From: Eledone cirrhosa
Taxonomy: Eukaryota
Direction of reading: 5' to 3'
NCBI GenBank assembly: GCA_964016885.1
Contig: OZ024744.1
Location: forward strand, 46,686,001 to 46,750,000
Length of the DNA: 64,000 nucleotides
Position numbers and translations under genes: made by a program. Positions 50,905 to 64,000 of this stretch are shown here, piece by piece. How positions within the stretch are numbered: the stretch's first letter is position 1; each line of letters starts with the position of its first letter. The notes under the pieces are model-generated. The model was not told where the DNA came from. It did no database searches and was given only the letters and a program-made list of their open reading frames with translations.

Positions 50905-51805
50905 CACTAATACTAACTACTATACTGTACATTGGATAATGCAGTCCTAGATACACTATGTCTGATAGCCACTAATACTAACTACTGTACTGTATATTAG
51001 ATAATGTAGTCCTAGATACACTATGTCTGATAGCCACTAACACTAACTACTATACTGTACGTTAGATAATGTAGTAATAGATATACAATGTCCGATAGCC
51101 ACTAATACTAACTACTGTACATTAGATAATTTAGTCCTAGATACATTATGTCTGATAGCCACTAATACTAACTACTATACTGTACATTAGATAATGTAGT
51201 CCTAGAAACAATATGTTTGATTGCCACTAATACTAACTAGTATACTGTACATTAGATAATATAGTCCTAGATAAACTGTCTGATAGCCACTAATACTAAC
51301 TACTATACTGTACATTAGATAAGGTAGTCCTAGATATACTATGTCTGATAGTCACTAATACTAACTACTGTACTGTACATTAGATAATGTAGTCCTAGAT
51401 ACACTATGTCCGATAGCCACTAATACTAACTACTGTACATTAGATAATTTAGTCCTAGATACATTATGTCTGATAGCCACTAATACTAACTACTATACTG
51501 TACATTACATAATGTAGTCCTAGATATACTACGTCTGATGGCCACTAATACTAACTACTATACTGTACATTAGATAATGTAGTCCTAGATATACTATGTC
51601 TGATAGTCACTAATACTAACTACTGTACTGTACATGAGATAATGTAGTCCTAGATATACTATGTCTGATAGCCACTAATACTAACTACTGTACTGTACAT
51701 TAGATAATGTAGTCCTAGATAAACTATGGCTGGTAGTTACTAGTACTAGCTACTGTACACTAGATAATGTAGTCCTAGATACACTATGTCTGATAGTCAC
51801 TAGTA
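50905..51805. repeat. 59-bp minisatellite, ~15 copies
   Basis: Unit CCACTAATACTAACTACTATACTGTACATTAGATAATGTAGTCCTAGATACACTATGTCTGATAG-like. Confidence 0.95.
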
Positions 51806-52609
51806 TATACGTTGTTCTCAGGGAGATTCAGCGAGACAAAACATGTGACATGGCTTCCTTTTTAAATACATATAGATCCCGTCTTATAATGTGTCTGGAT
51901 ACTTAATTGACACGTGTACCGTTGACATTGTTCTCGGGGAGATTCAGTGTGACAATTCTACGTAACAACGTTTCCACTATAATTACTGGTACAACTTATT
52001 ATTTTTGTCAGCTGGGAGAAATAAAGTGTCTTGTTCAAGGCTCCAACGCCCAGACTACCCGGTCTGAGATTCGAACTCACGAACCATACGTTCAGGAATT
52101 ACGCGCTATCACCGCGTAAACCCAGTTTCCCCCACACAAAATACACCAGAATAATTTAAACAGGATTAATTCACGAACAAGATTTACAATAAGTCGCTGC
52201 GAGTGATCTCCCTTGGCAGTCTTTAAAACCTTTTCTTCTTCCATTAGAAATTAATTTGTTTCATGTCCGACTGAAAGACTCTGGAGTTTTTACATGTCTT
52301 GGGTTGAATTAATGAGGAATTTTGAGGTATTTGTAACAATTATTAATTATTTCATTACTGAGATATCATTTGAAGGATTTACTAAAGATTTAATTATTTT
52401 ATTAGTAACTTAACATGTGGTTCTTGTATAAAATTATGTTGGAATATTTTAGGAAGAAGCTATGTAGCCGGTGCCGGTAAAATAGACACCACGTGTTGCG
52501 GCTCTTTATGGTTTGAGTTAAGACAATTTAAAATTTTTTTCCACCATCAATTGTTAAAAAACAAGTTAAAATCATTTAGTCCTATATTCGTAACGTACGT
52601 TAAACTTTA

Positions 52610-53485
52610 GTTACATATACATCTACTGTGTTACATACACACATCTACATACATACACATCTACTGTGTTACATACACGCACATCTACTGTGTTACATAC
52701 ACACATCTACTGTATTACATACACACACATCTACTGTGTTACATACACACATCTACATACATACACATCTACTGTGTTACATACACGCACATCTACTGTG
52801 TTACATACACATCTACTGAGTTATATACACACACATCTACTGTGTTACACACACACACATCTACTGAGTTACATACACACATCTACTGTGTTACATACAC
52901 ACATCTACTGTGTTACATACACACACATCTACTGTGTTACATACATATATACTGTGTTACATACACACACATCTACTTTGTTACATACACATATACTGTG
53001 TTACATACACACATCTACTGTGTTACATACACACATCTACTCTGTTACATACACACATCTCCTGTGTTACACACATACATCTACTGTTTTACATACACAT
53101 ACATCTACTGTTTTACATACACACACATCTACTGTTTTACATACACACACATCTACTGAGTTACATACACACACACCTACTGTGTTACATACACACACAT
53201 CTACTAAGTTACATACACACATCTACTGTGTTACATACACACATCTACTGAGTTACACACACACATCTACTGTGTTACATACACACACATCTACTGTGTT
53301 ACACACATCTACTGAGTTACACACACACATGTACTGTGTTATATACACACACATCTACTGTTACATACACACACATCTACTGTGTTACATACACACATCT
53401 ACGGTTTTACATACACACACATCTACTGTGTTACATACACACACATCTCCTGAGTTACATACACACACACACATACATCTACTCA
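52610..53485. repeat. ~22-bp minisatellite (ACATCTACTGTGTTACATACAC)
   Basis: Seen directly. Much shorter at the paralogous site 34727-34935. Confidence 0.95.
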
Positions 53486-54363
53486 TACATATTCATAAAT
53501 AGACACACAATACAAAATAATTATTACATACACACACATCTATGTAATGATTGAGGAAGGGAGGGGCTGGTGAAACGCTATAGTGATGTGTGTGTTGCGT
53601 ACCTTTAGGGTTTACCGGCTTCATAGCCTATTCGAAGATTTTATTATAATTATGAACCTCGTATTTCAATTAATTATGACTAATTTTGAGCTATTTATCA
53701 CAATTGTTAGTTAATTACTAACATAGTAACTTAACATATGGTTGTTATATAGAATTTCGTTGGAAGACTTTAATTTAGATAGGAACCATTTCCATAGAAC
53801 GAGAACCAATTTTGGCTGGGTTTCTACCAAAAGGGTTAATGAAGAATTTAGAACAATTTACTAAAATTATTAATTATTTCATTACTAGGATAATGTTTGA
53901 ATACACAATTATATGTGTGTAGATATATATAAACAGTATATATATAGTGTATATATAGTACTCAAAAGATGTAGTTGAATAATGAGTAGTCTTAAGACAA
54001 GTCTGTCCAGATAGCTGTGCTGTAACTTACACTTATTAGGACTGTGTGTAGCTAGCAGGCCTGTATTTTGGGATCTAGCTGGTCCATTATGAGGGAGGTC
54101 TGGTTAGTAGGCAGCATCATGCCTTACTTGTGGTATTAGTATGTATAGAAATAAATTATTGTATATGCATAATGGTCCATCTATATGTATACATGTATGT
54201 TTATGTATGTGTTTACATGCATATATACATTTTCAGATGTATACACATAAGAGTATATATATGTATATTTATAAATATATAAACATACATATGTGTGTGT
54301 ATATATATATATGTGTTTATATTTATATATCAATCATCTTTTAATATATATATATAAAATATA

Positions 54364-54446
54364 TACAGGGCCTCCCCAAAAAAGTTTATACACACTTCAA
54401 CTACAGTCTATGTAAATGTGTATACATATTTTAGGGACACCCTGTA
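54364..54446. mobile_element. tiny Tc1/mariner-type MITE
   Basis: TACAGGG..TCCC.AAAA..GT.TATACAC pairs with GTGTATACATATTTTAGGGACACCCTGTA, with TA ends. Confidence 0.6.
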
Positions 54447-54999
54447 TATATACATATCATGTAACGTGACTCCTACTATTATTGGTTGTACAGATCGTCA
54501 CAGATGAAAATATTTATTTCGACCAAGATTGAATATTTAATGGAATTAAGTGGAATTAGGAAATAAGACAATAAAACAGTGAATGAAGACAAAAGAGGTA
54601 GATAGAGTAAAAGAAGAGAGGGGAAGAGAGAATTAACACAGTTTTGTCTTTCTATCTCTCTCACTCCTCCTTCCTTATATTATTGTCTCTTACTACTCCT
54701 CATAAAAGCAGGTCTGACCCTTAGTCTGAATTATATCTACTTATGGAGGTTTAACTTTACCAAGATTACCGAATCACTGCTCGAACTTGGGGCTTCTGAA
54801 ACTAAGTTATTGTGTTAGCAGATGCTGGATGAGAATCTTCAATAAAAATGTAGAGGAGCAAGGCGATAGATCTTTCTTTTAGTTTGTATTTAAATTAATT
54901 TTTCTGAGTTTTCTTTTCTGTTGCTTGTAAATACAACCCACGTGTTGTAAGAGTGGTTGAGTTACTGCAGTGTTAATGCTTCAGTGTGTGGAAGCCAGG

Positions 55000-55330
55000 T
55001 TAACAGAGCATATGTACGGAACCATGTAAATGCCCTACCACAGATCTTTCTTTGAATCACGAAGCATCATGCTGAAGAAGATTGCAAATAAATTTGGGGC
55101 ACGGACACAGCTTTGTTTCACATCATTCTTGATGAAGAATTAATCAGAGAGAGACCATCATTGTGCTTTACCTCTCCCTGCTGACCTGTGTGGAGTTTTT
55201 GTAGCATGGTCAGGAATTTTAGCTGACCTCCGAGTCTGCTGAGGATCTTCCACAGTCCATCCCTACTAACTGTATCAAATGCCTTCGTCAGGTCGATGAA
55301 GGCCGCGTACAAGGCCACATTTTTCTCTCT
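55000..55330 (-). mobile_element. RTE/BovB-like RT fragment
   Basis: LYAAFIDLTKAFDTVSRDGLWKIL. Confidence 0.8.
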
Positions 55331-55659
55331 AGTGGCTACAAGGGTAGATAATCCGACCTACTGTATATCTCGATTAACTCCCTTGTCCTACAAATTTAAA
55401 ACATAACATTTTTTTTCACAAACTTGTAAATAAAAATGAAAATTTATTGAAAGGCGTATTTATACATACTGGCATAGAAATATAGGTAAATGATATAAAA
55501 ATATAGCTAACTAATTAGAAATATAGGTAATTAATTATATATATATATAGGTATGGTTGTGACAGGGGGTGGGGCTCGGTATTGAAATATACGCTGACTA
55601 CAGCAGATTTCTTCCAGAGAGAGATAGATTGTGAGAGGAAATAAGAAAGAGATATAGAG

Positions 55660-55823
55660 AAAGTATCGACCCCAGTATTGGACTGGTACTTTTTTTTATC
55701 GACCTCGAAATGATGAAAGGCAAAGTTGACCTCGGCGGGATTTGAACTTAGAGAGAAGAGATCTGGAATGAATACCTTAAAGTATTCTATCTGACGTTCT
55801 AACGACTCTGGCAATTCGCCGCC
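55660..55823 (-). mobile_element. tRNA-derived SINE
   Basis: Head GGCGGCGAATTGCCAGAGTCGTTAG, B-box GTTCAAATCCCGCCGAGGTCAAC. Confidence 0.8.
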
Positions 55824-55883
55824 TACACGCACGCACGCAAGCACGCACGCACGCACACACGCACGCACGCACGCACACACGCA

Positions 55884-55950
<67 letters not shown>

Positions 55951-56921
55951 ATACGTATATAATTCTAATTTTTAAAATTTTTAATTTCTCATTTTTATAA
56001 TAATTTTTTTATAATTTTTTAAAATAATTTTTTATATTTTTATTTTTTATTTTCTTAATTCTTAAGTCTTTATTAAGTACAATGACACCCTCTAAAGCTA
56101 TTATTTAAATGTAGATAATAACCACTAACTGATTCTGGTTAAATGTATCTTAAGCATCCATACTTATTTTGACTAAATAGTCTCACACTAACAAATAAAT
56201 AAAATCGGAGTTTATCTTTCCTTTTCAATAATATAAATATTATTACTTAACTCCGTTAATTTAATTTTAAATCATTCTCAATTTTAAATACATATTTATT
56301 TAGATAATATACCCATTTATTTATTTATCTACTTAAAACAGAACAAAAACATCCCTCGTAACTCATATTATAAACAAATTATAAACAACTAATAATTGTA
56401 AATTATCCTTTTAATATAAATACACATACTATTAAAATATATACTTACATATATAAATACACATACTATTAAAATATACTTACATATATACATAGATAAC
56501 TGTTCGAATATATTTCCCTCATTAACTTTATGAGCTTTTCATTCATCTTTGCTTTTTTCCTTCTTCTCTCTCTCTTACTATTTCTCCTTCATCTCTTCTC
56601 TCTCTCTTACTATTTTTTCCTTCTCTCTCTATCTCTATTATATATTATATATCTAAACTCTCCATAATCGTTTAAATTAACGGTTGTTTTTCAATTATTT
56701 GCATATTCACCCATAAGTTTGAAAAATCCACTATACATTTCCACTATCCAGTGAATATTCAACTGATAAGGTATGATTTTCCTGGGTATGTCTCTATTTA
56801 TAAAACAAACTTTGTATTTTTTCTGAAGAAAGCATACCAAAGTGTTTTGTTACCCTTGAAATATATATAATAAAATAAATATGGTTTTATAAATATAGTT
56901 TCCATTTATTTAATATCATTG

Positions 56922-56952
<31 letters not shown>

Positions 56953-57309
56953 TATAAAGTGAAATGACAAGAGGCCAAATATGTTGAATTTACTTAATTT
57001 TTTGAAGATTTCAGTGGCCAGGTTGTGTAAGAACTCGGTGACCTCATCAGGTGTAAATTACATAATAGATGTATACTAATGGAACGATGGTAAACTTTAA
57101 GGAAATAAGCAAAGAAAAAGCAGAGATGAAAAAGTGTGTTATGTTTTTGACCCAGAGACGGACGTAGTGTCATGATGCCACATTGCTCACCTGTCTCTAA
57201 GCACCTCAGCCATTGGCTTTGGGTAAAACATTACCTCCAACGACAGAGATCACTGGCTAGAAGTGAGTTGACTGAAAGAAATGATAGGAAGGAAGAAATA
57301 GAATGGATG

Positions 57310-57606
57310 AGAGGAGCTATATAGAGAGGGTGAGAGCGTTATGAGAGCTATATAGAGAGTAATGAGAGCTATATAGAGAGGGGTGAGAGAGTTATGAGAG
57401 CTATATAGAGAGGGGTGAGAGTAATGAGAGCTATATAGAGAGGGGTGAGAGAGTTATGAGAGCTATATAGAGAGGGGTGAGAGAGTAATGAGAGCTATAT
57501 AGAGAGGGGTGAAAGTGTTATCAGAGCTATATAGAGAGTGGTGAGAGAGTAATGAGAGCTATATAGAGAGGGTGAGAGAGTAAAGTAGAGATATATAGAG
57601 AGGGGT
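57310..57606. repeat. ~30-bp purine-rich minisatellite
   Basis: GAGAGCTATATAGAGAGGGGTGAGAGAGTAAT repeated. Confidence 0.92.
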
Positions 57607-58118
57607 AACCTGATCGCGCTGCATGATTCCTTGGTCGTTCACGGTTTATAATGTTACCATCGGAGGAAGTGGTATTTATGTATCACGTCTCCTCCTGGTC
57701 GCTGGACCCCCAGGAGTCGTGGACATTTCTCAATCTACTTCAGTTGAAGGCTTCTATATTTTGTGCTAGGTTTCTAGTAGTGGAGTAGGACAATTTAATG
57801 GCGTGCCTGTTGACAATGGCGTGGTAGCTGTGCTAGGGAAGTGTTTATCTATTATAAATCTATAGTTGTTGGTGTTACCGTTGTCTGGCTCTCGGGTTAG
57901 ATACCAGTGATATTACCACTACTACGGCCACCGGGGTAGGTGATGGGTGTTGCTACTGTTGTTGTCGTTACTATTATTGTTGCTGTGGTCATGATGATAG
58001 ATGTCATCAAGTCTGTGTAACAACCTACCTCATAGTCCCCTTTATTGCTGTAGCTGTCAGCAGGGGAGTGGTTCTGTCACTACCACTACTACGGCCAATG
58101 TACGCCACGTTAGTCTGT

Positions 58119-58149
<31 letters not shown>

Positions 58150-59468
58150 TGGTGAAGTGCCCGTACCTCCTTGTCACACTCTCCTCAGTTCATCCAATCT
58201 CTTTCTCCTCTGTCTCTCCACACAGAGCACTGAACCTGTTCCTCACTTCCACTGAGAACCTCTTCTGTAGCTTATCATCTTCATTGAAAGCTTCCCAGTC
58301 ATAGATTACTCTCCGGGGATGAGCCTTGCTTTTTCTTAAGCTCACTCGGACCTCACTCATAACAAGCCGGTGGTCATTATCCATTGTACTGAAATAGTTG
58401 TATGGTTCTGTGTTCAGAACACTATTCCACCACTTTCTTCTTCACCAGAATGAAATCAATCTGGGACTTGGGCAGGTGCATATCTGAGATGTAGGTTCAC
58501 ATCTTCCCCGGATTCTTCCTAAACCTTAGGTTGGTCGCTATCAAGTTCGCCTCCAGCAGGGTGTCTCTCAGTAGTCTTCCATTTCGGTTGGTGTTGTTAT
58601 GGAAGTACCAGCAAGGTTCTTCACTGCCCTCCTTACTCAGATGTGCATTCAAGTACCCCAAAACAAGCAGGATGTTGTGTGGTGTTGACAGCTCTACACA
58701 CCTCCTCATGGAACTCTTCCGCACTCACATCACTGTCTCCCTCGGTTGGACTATAGGCTGAGATGACTGTCTTGGGTTTCCATTGAAGGTCACCCTCAAC
58801 ACTCGCGGGGAGACAGGTATTATTTCCCTTACCAATAGACTGGTTTTTGTGCTGAAAACAAAACCCACTCCTCCCACTGCAGCATTGGTCATGTTCCTCA
58901 CTGCCGATGTGGTGATGAGCTGGCTCATCTTACCAATCATCACACTCCTCACGGGCTCATCGTGTAGGATCCTGTGTTCTTGGATCGCAAGTATCTGTAT
59001 ACCACTCTCCTCAAACAGATGTCCCAACTCCTCTCTCTTCTCCAGCGTCCGAATAGTCCTCACATTCAAAGTGCCCATTTTAATGGCTCTTCTGCAGGAC
59101 AAAACTGCATTCTTTATATTTGTCTCAGAGACAGCTGATCCATCATCCACTGGCCCTCCCTGTGGCTCTAAGCCAGCAGAGTCATAACGACCAGACTGCT
59201 CCTTGACAGTGTAATTAGGGGCTCTAACCCTAGTGCTGTTAGATAGACCCTCCATATTTTTTTTTCAATGGCTGACAATACCTTACCGGCGCCGCTCGAA
59301 TAAGGTAGTTATTTAACCCATAAATGGGGCGTTAACAGGTACTACTACTCCGGGCCAGAGCAGACCTGGGAGTTATTACAACTAAGGGGTAACTCCACAT
59401 TCCCCACAGCTCCTGAACTCCCGAACTGGAGCCTTGCCACTGGATGTAGTTTAATGTCATATCTAGGA
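58150..59468 (-). mobile_element. RTE-like LINE 5' part (5'UTR and APE endonuclease), inverted
   Basis: GTLNVRT, LAIQEHR, LGYLNAH, SQIDFI, NDHRLV. Confidence 0.88.
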
Positions 59469-60857
59469 CAAAAAGCAAGTGAAACCCTGGTGCCGAGGAG
59501 AAAGAACAAAAGGAAGCACGTCAGCTCTGCAGACCCAAAGGTGTGTGCAGCCAGAGAACACCTGAAAGCTGCCAAGGACCAATTCTATGCTGATCCTACG
59601 GAGGAGAGGATGGAGACTGTGGAGGTGATGAGGAAAGAACTTTGTACCGCTTACACTGAGGCCAGAAAGGAGGCACTGATAGAGTAGATCAAAAGCGTGG
59701 AGAGAGCGGTTGACGGGTCTGGATGTAAGGAGAGCTGGATGATCATCAACGAGATCACAGGGAAGAAGAGAAGGTGTTAGAGTCAGATCCAGGGAACAGG
59801 GCCTGAGAAAAGGAAGAGGAAATGGCTAGACCATTTTAGGACCCTACTAGGAGAGCCGCCCTCCACGGCCCAGAGCACTGGGGAGATCAGGCGGCTGTTT
59901 GAGGAACTGGATATTGAGACAGAGCCCTTCACCAGAGAGGAGCTTCAGAGAGCCAAGAAGAAGATCAAGGAGGGAAAGGCTCATGGAGAAGAGGGAGTTA
60001 GATCAGAGGTGATGAAGAGGTGTGATTTTGATGATATAATCCTGGGGTTCTGTAACCAGGCACTGGAGAAAGGAGTTTCCCCGAATCAGTGGAGGATCAG
60101 TAACATCGTCCCAGTTCCAAAGAAGAGAGATCTCTCTAACAACAACAACTACAGGGGGATCTCACTGACGTCACGTATGGCAAAGACCCTCAACAGGATG
60201 ATTCTTAACAGGATCCAGCTTGAGATGGAGAAGCAGCTCGGGGACAACCGGAACGGCTTCAGAGAGGGAAGATCAACCACCAGTCACATCCTGATGCTGA
60301 GGAGGATATTAGAGGGAGCTAGAGCAAAGTGCCTTCCTGCGGTCATGTTTTACATTGACTTTAGGAAGGCCTTTGATTCTGTGGACCGTCACTGCCTAAT
60401 GAAGATCTTACAGGCTTATGGAATCCCCAAGAAGATAGTGGACCTGATATCATTGCTCTACACTAACATCAAAGCCCAAGTCATTACACCTGATGGGATG
60501 ACAGAGTTCTTTGAGATACTGGCTGGAGTGCTCCAGGGAGATACATTGGCTTCCTACCTTTTTATCATCGTAGTGGACTATTGTATGCGCATTTCACTGG
60601 AGAAACACCAGGAGTCTGGCTTTACTGTAACACCGGCTCAGAGCAGGAGAGTTAAGGCGAAAAAGATATCGGATGCTGAATTTGCCGACGACATAGATTT
60701 GGTGACAAATACAGTGAAGGAGGCAGAGGATTTGATGCGAGAGGTTGAGACTGTGTCGATGAGTGTGGGGCTGAGAATGAATGAGAATAAAACAAAATAT
60801 CTGGTAGAGAATGTTGAGAAGCCAGAGGGGATCACTAATGTAGGCGGTAAGCCTAAA
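59469..60857 (+). mobile_element. RTE-like LINE linker and RT, degraded
   Basis: NYRGISL, IDFRKAFDSV, GVLQGDTLA, FADDI. Cut by (TA)n. Confidence 0.9.
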
Positions 60858-60987
60858 TACATATATATGTATATATATATATGTATTTATATATATATAC
60901 ATATATATGTATTTATATATATATAGATATATATATGTGTTTATATACATATATATACATATATTTATCTATATACATATATATGTA

Positions 60988-61077
<90 letters not shown>

Positions 61078-61245
61078 TATCTATATACATATATATGTTT
61101 ATCTATATACATATATATGTACATATATATATATATATATATAAGTATTGAAATTTCCGTTGAAAACAGAAAAGGTCATAGAAGTGAAGAGTGCTCTATA
61201 TAAGTATCAGAGCAAAATTTAATGTATAAAAACCAATACAATATA

Positions 61246-61324
61246 ATTACCTCATTACCAGAGGTTTCCCGAATGAGGCGAATACGAAAAGAAGCGTCTT
61301 CATTCGTTCGTCAGACGAGGCAAT
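61246..61324 (-). ncRNA. type I hammerhead ribozyme associated with the Penelope-like element
   Basis: Minus strand: ATTGCCTCGT-CTGACGA-aCGAATGA..TCATTCGg-GAAA-CC-TCT-GG-TA-ATGAGGTAAT, with a 10-bp stem I. Confidence 0.82.
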
Positions 61325-62066
61325 ATAAAACATGGGTAAATACTTGGAAAGTCTCGTCAAGAAAATCAAAAAAAATAATATATAGACAAATGAATTAGAA
61401 TATGAAATATATAATAATCTTTCAAGAAGTATAGTTAGGTGTGTGTATATGTATGTATATACGCTCACAGATGTGCATATATGTGTATGCACATATGTAT
61501 ACGTATAGTGAAAAAGTGTGCGTAGTAAATATAAAATTTAAGGCAAATGTATCTGTATGTCTGTAATCTACAGACAGAATAGATACATCATAAGAATATG
61601 AATATGAAGGCGCGCGCATAAACACACCTACACACACGTACACTTAGATGCGGAAGTAAAAGAGGTAAGGGAGTGTAATAATTAAAGGAAAGTATCAATC
61701 TCGATATATTTATAAAAATGGAACAATAATTTAGAAAGAAAAAATTAAAGAAAAGAAGACAAAAAAGGGGTACATACATACACAGACACGCATATCTCAC
61801 AAAAGAAACGCAAAAATATACATGCTTATATACACACGCACACTTACACATCCATACGTTCGATACGTACACACACACACACACACACACACATACTTAC
61901 ACTCACGCATATTGACCTGTTTGCATGCACACGCATAAAAATGAGTAAGTAAAAAAAGGGGGGGAGAAGAAAAAAGGAACAAAACATAAAACCTAGATGT
62001 CAAAACACGGATATAAAGACACATACACATACGCATACACATATACTTACACACACACATATATAT

Positions 62067-62097
<31 letters not shown>

Positions 62098-62506
62098 TAC
62101 ACGCACGCGCGCGCACATACGTAGTCGCTAATGTACATATATAGAAAGTATACACACATTAAGGCGTTCAACCATATTGATACAGGGTGTAAAAAACTTG
62201 TGGATAAGTAAGTTCAAATATAAAATTGTAAGATTGGCTGCGCAAAAATAAAAAAATAAAAATAAGAATGAAAAATATATCTGGTTTGGAAAACACAAAT
62301 GACATGTGTAATCAGTTAGTGAAGGAAGAAGGGGGAAGTAAAAAATGGAAAGTGAATCGGAGAATAAAGGGGGGGGGGTTATTGGTGGATGTGAAGTAAA
62401 AATAAAAATAAATAAAAAAAATAAAAATAAAAATAAATGAAATTAATCACAAGGGTAAAAATGAAAGTAAGTCAGAAAGGGTAATTAAAAAGAGAATAAT
62501 ATGAGT

Positions 62507-63365
62507 TTATGGAGGATAAGTATCTGAAAGTGTGTTAAGTTTATATGAGCTGGAAAGCAAGTGTGATTTCATGTGTGGGCAACTGGTGAAAATTTCCGTC
62601 TTTGTGTTCAGGCAGGTCTTTGGTGATTTTAGATTTTGCAATATCCAATATTTTTCATTTATGCAGAGCGTGCATTTTCTTGTTCCTCTAGCATATTCTT
62701 TAGATTGGTTCAAAATTGACCAATCTAATTTATATTGGATGCCTTGGTCTTTCAAATCCCAAATTCTGCTAGCCAGAGCTGTTGTAAATCTTTTTTCTGG
62801 ATGTCGAAAGGATGCGACATGTGAGTAATAACGCGTTTTGAATTTGTCTTGCGTCATACCCACATATCGTTCACTGGTGGCTGGATGGTTGTTGCTGATT
62901 GTTGTCACTTTAGCCGCATATACAATGGCTTTGGTGTTGCATTTACCTTGTAATGGGCATTCATTTTTGATTTTATATATATATATTATATGCATATATA
63001 TTATATTATATATATATTATATATATTTATATATATTTTATATATATATATTATATGCATATATATTATATTATATATATATTATATATATTTATATATA
63101 TATTATATTATATATATATATTATATTTATATATATATTATATATATTTATATATATATTATATTATATATATATATTATATTATATATATATTATATAT
63201 ATTTATATATATATTATATTATATATATATATTATATTATATATATATTATATATATTTATTTCTCTAGGTGGTAATTTGTTGATGATATAGGACTTAAT
63301 AGGGGGACCGCAGGAATAGCTAATTTTGACACAGTTTCTGTTAAAGATCTTATAGTATCTATGTG
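62507..63365 (-). mobile_element. Penelope-like element 3' part: RT C-terminus and GIY-YIG endonuclease
   Basis: CPLQGKC..IVY..YVGMT..FKTRY..H..CTLCINEK..LN..CPH (62507-62975). KIFNRNCVKISYSC at 63290-63362, separated by a TA-rich expansion. Confidence 0.85.
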
Positions 63366-63435
63366 TTCTATCTTAATGTGTGTATACTTTCTATATATGT
63401 ACATGAGCGACTACGTATGTGCGCGCGCGTGCGTG

Positions 63436-63467
<32 letters not shown>

Positions 63468-63550
63468 TATGTATATAGATAAACATATATATGTATATAG
63501 ATAAACATATATATGTATATAGATAAACATATATATGTATATAGATAAAC

Positions 63551-63608
<58 letters not shown>

Positions 63609-64000
63609 AATGAATAATAACAGGTAGACATCATAAAAAGGTAATTTATTCCGTGTGCTTACAAGTGTTTCCATGGTGGTACTGCAGCCTATTTCCGCTA
63701 CGTGCAAATTCACAAGTACTTGCAGAACTCGAATATAAATGGTAAATGTACAATGTAAATACCCTTAAGTGGGGTTGTTGGGGAAGATAGAGTAGAACAG
63801 GAAGAGGGAAAAGTAGGGAAGAGGGAGAGAGAAAGAAAGATATGCAGGGGTTGGCGAAGTAGGAGAGAGTGGCTTGTAGATATCTTAATCAAAATGTTAT
63901 GGTAGGGGTTTTATTATACTGGTTACTTTTGGAGAGATGCGTTGATAGTTAAGGTCGGAATTATTTATTGCCCCAGAGGGCAGGTTCATAGATGTTGAGA

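Noticed and set aside
52628-53554. 278-aa repeat protein
   Set aside because: A minisatellite open in several frames, and much shorter in the paralog.

Overview
Eukaryotic, AT-rich, microsatellite-dense animal DNA. The tandem single-exon C2H2 zinc-finger genes, RTE LINEs, tRNA/CORE SINEs and Penelope elements suggest a coleoid cephalopod such as Octopus (inference only). The host genes are two intact 13-repeat C2H2 ZF ORFs (32236-33429, 41676-42863) and a ZF pseudogene near 1.6-1.9 kb, all inside nested segmental duplications. The rest is transposon debris: RTE, CRE-like, Penelope-like, SINEs, a Helitron, MITEs and one complete but mutated Ty3/Gypsy LTR element. The most striking unannotated structure is a ~420-bp tandem satellite (9729-14978, resuming 19940-20285). 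Each full-length unit carries a type I hammerhead ribozyme fold (CTGAYGA...GAAA, palindromic ACTAGT stem III, GTA cleavage triplet, long stem I) downstream of an octamer motif, which makes it a retrozyme / newt-satellite-2-like array. Ribozyme-deleted short units alternate with the full units, and the Gypsy element is inserted into one unit. A second, different hammerhead lies downstream of a Penelope GIY-YIG fragment (61246-61324, minus strand). All folds and alignments were done by eye. Coordinates of degraded repeats are approximate.
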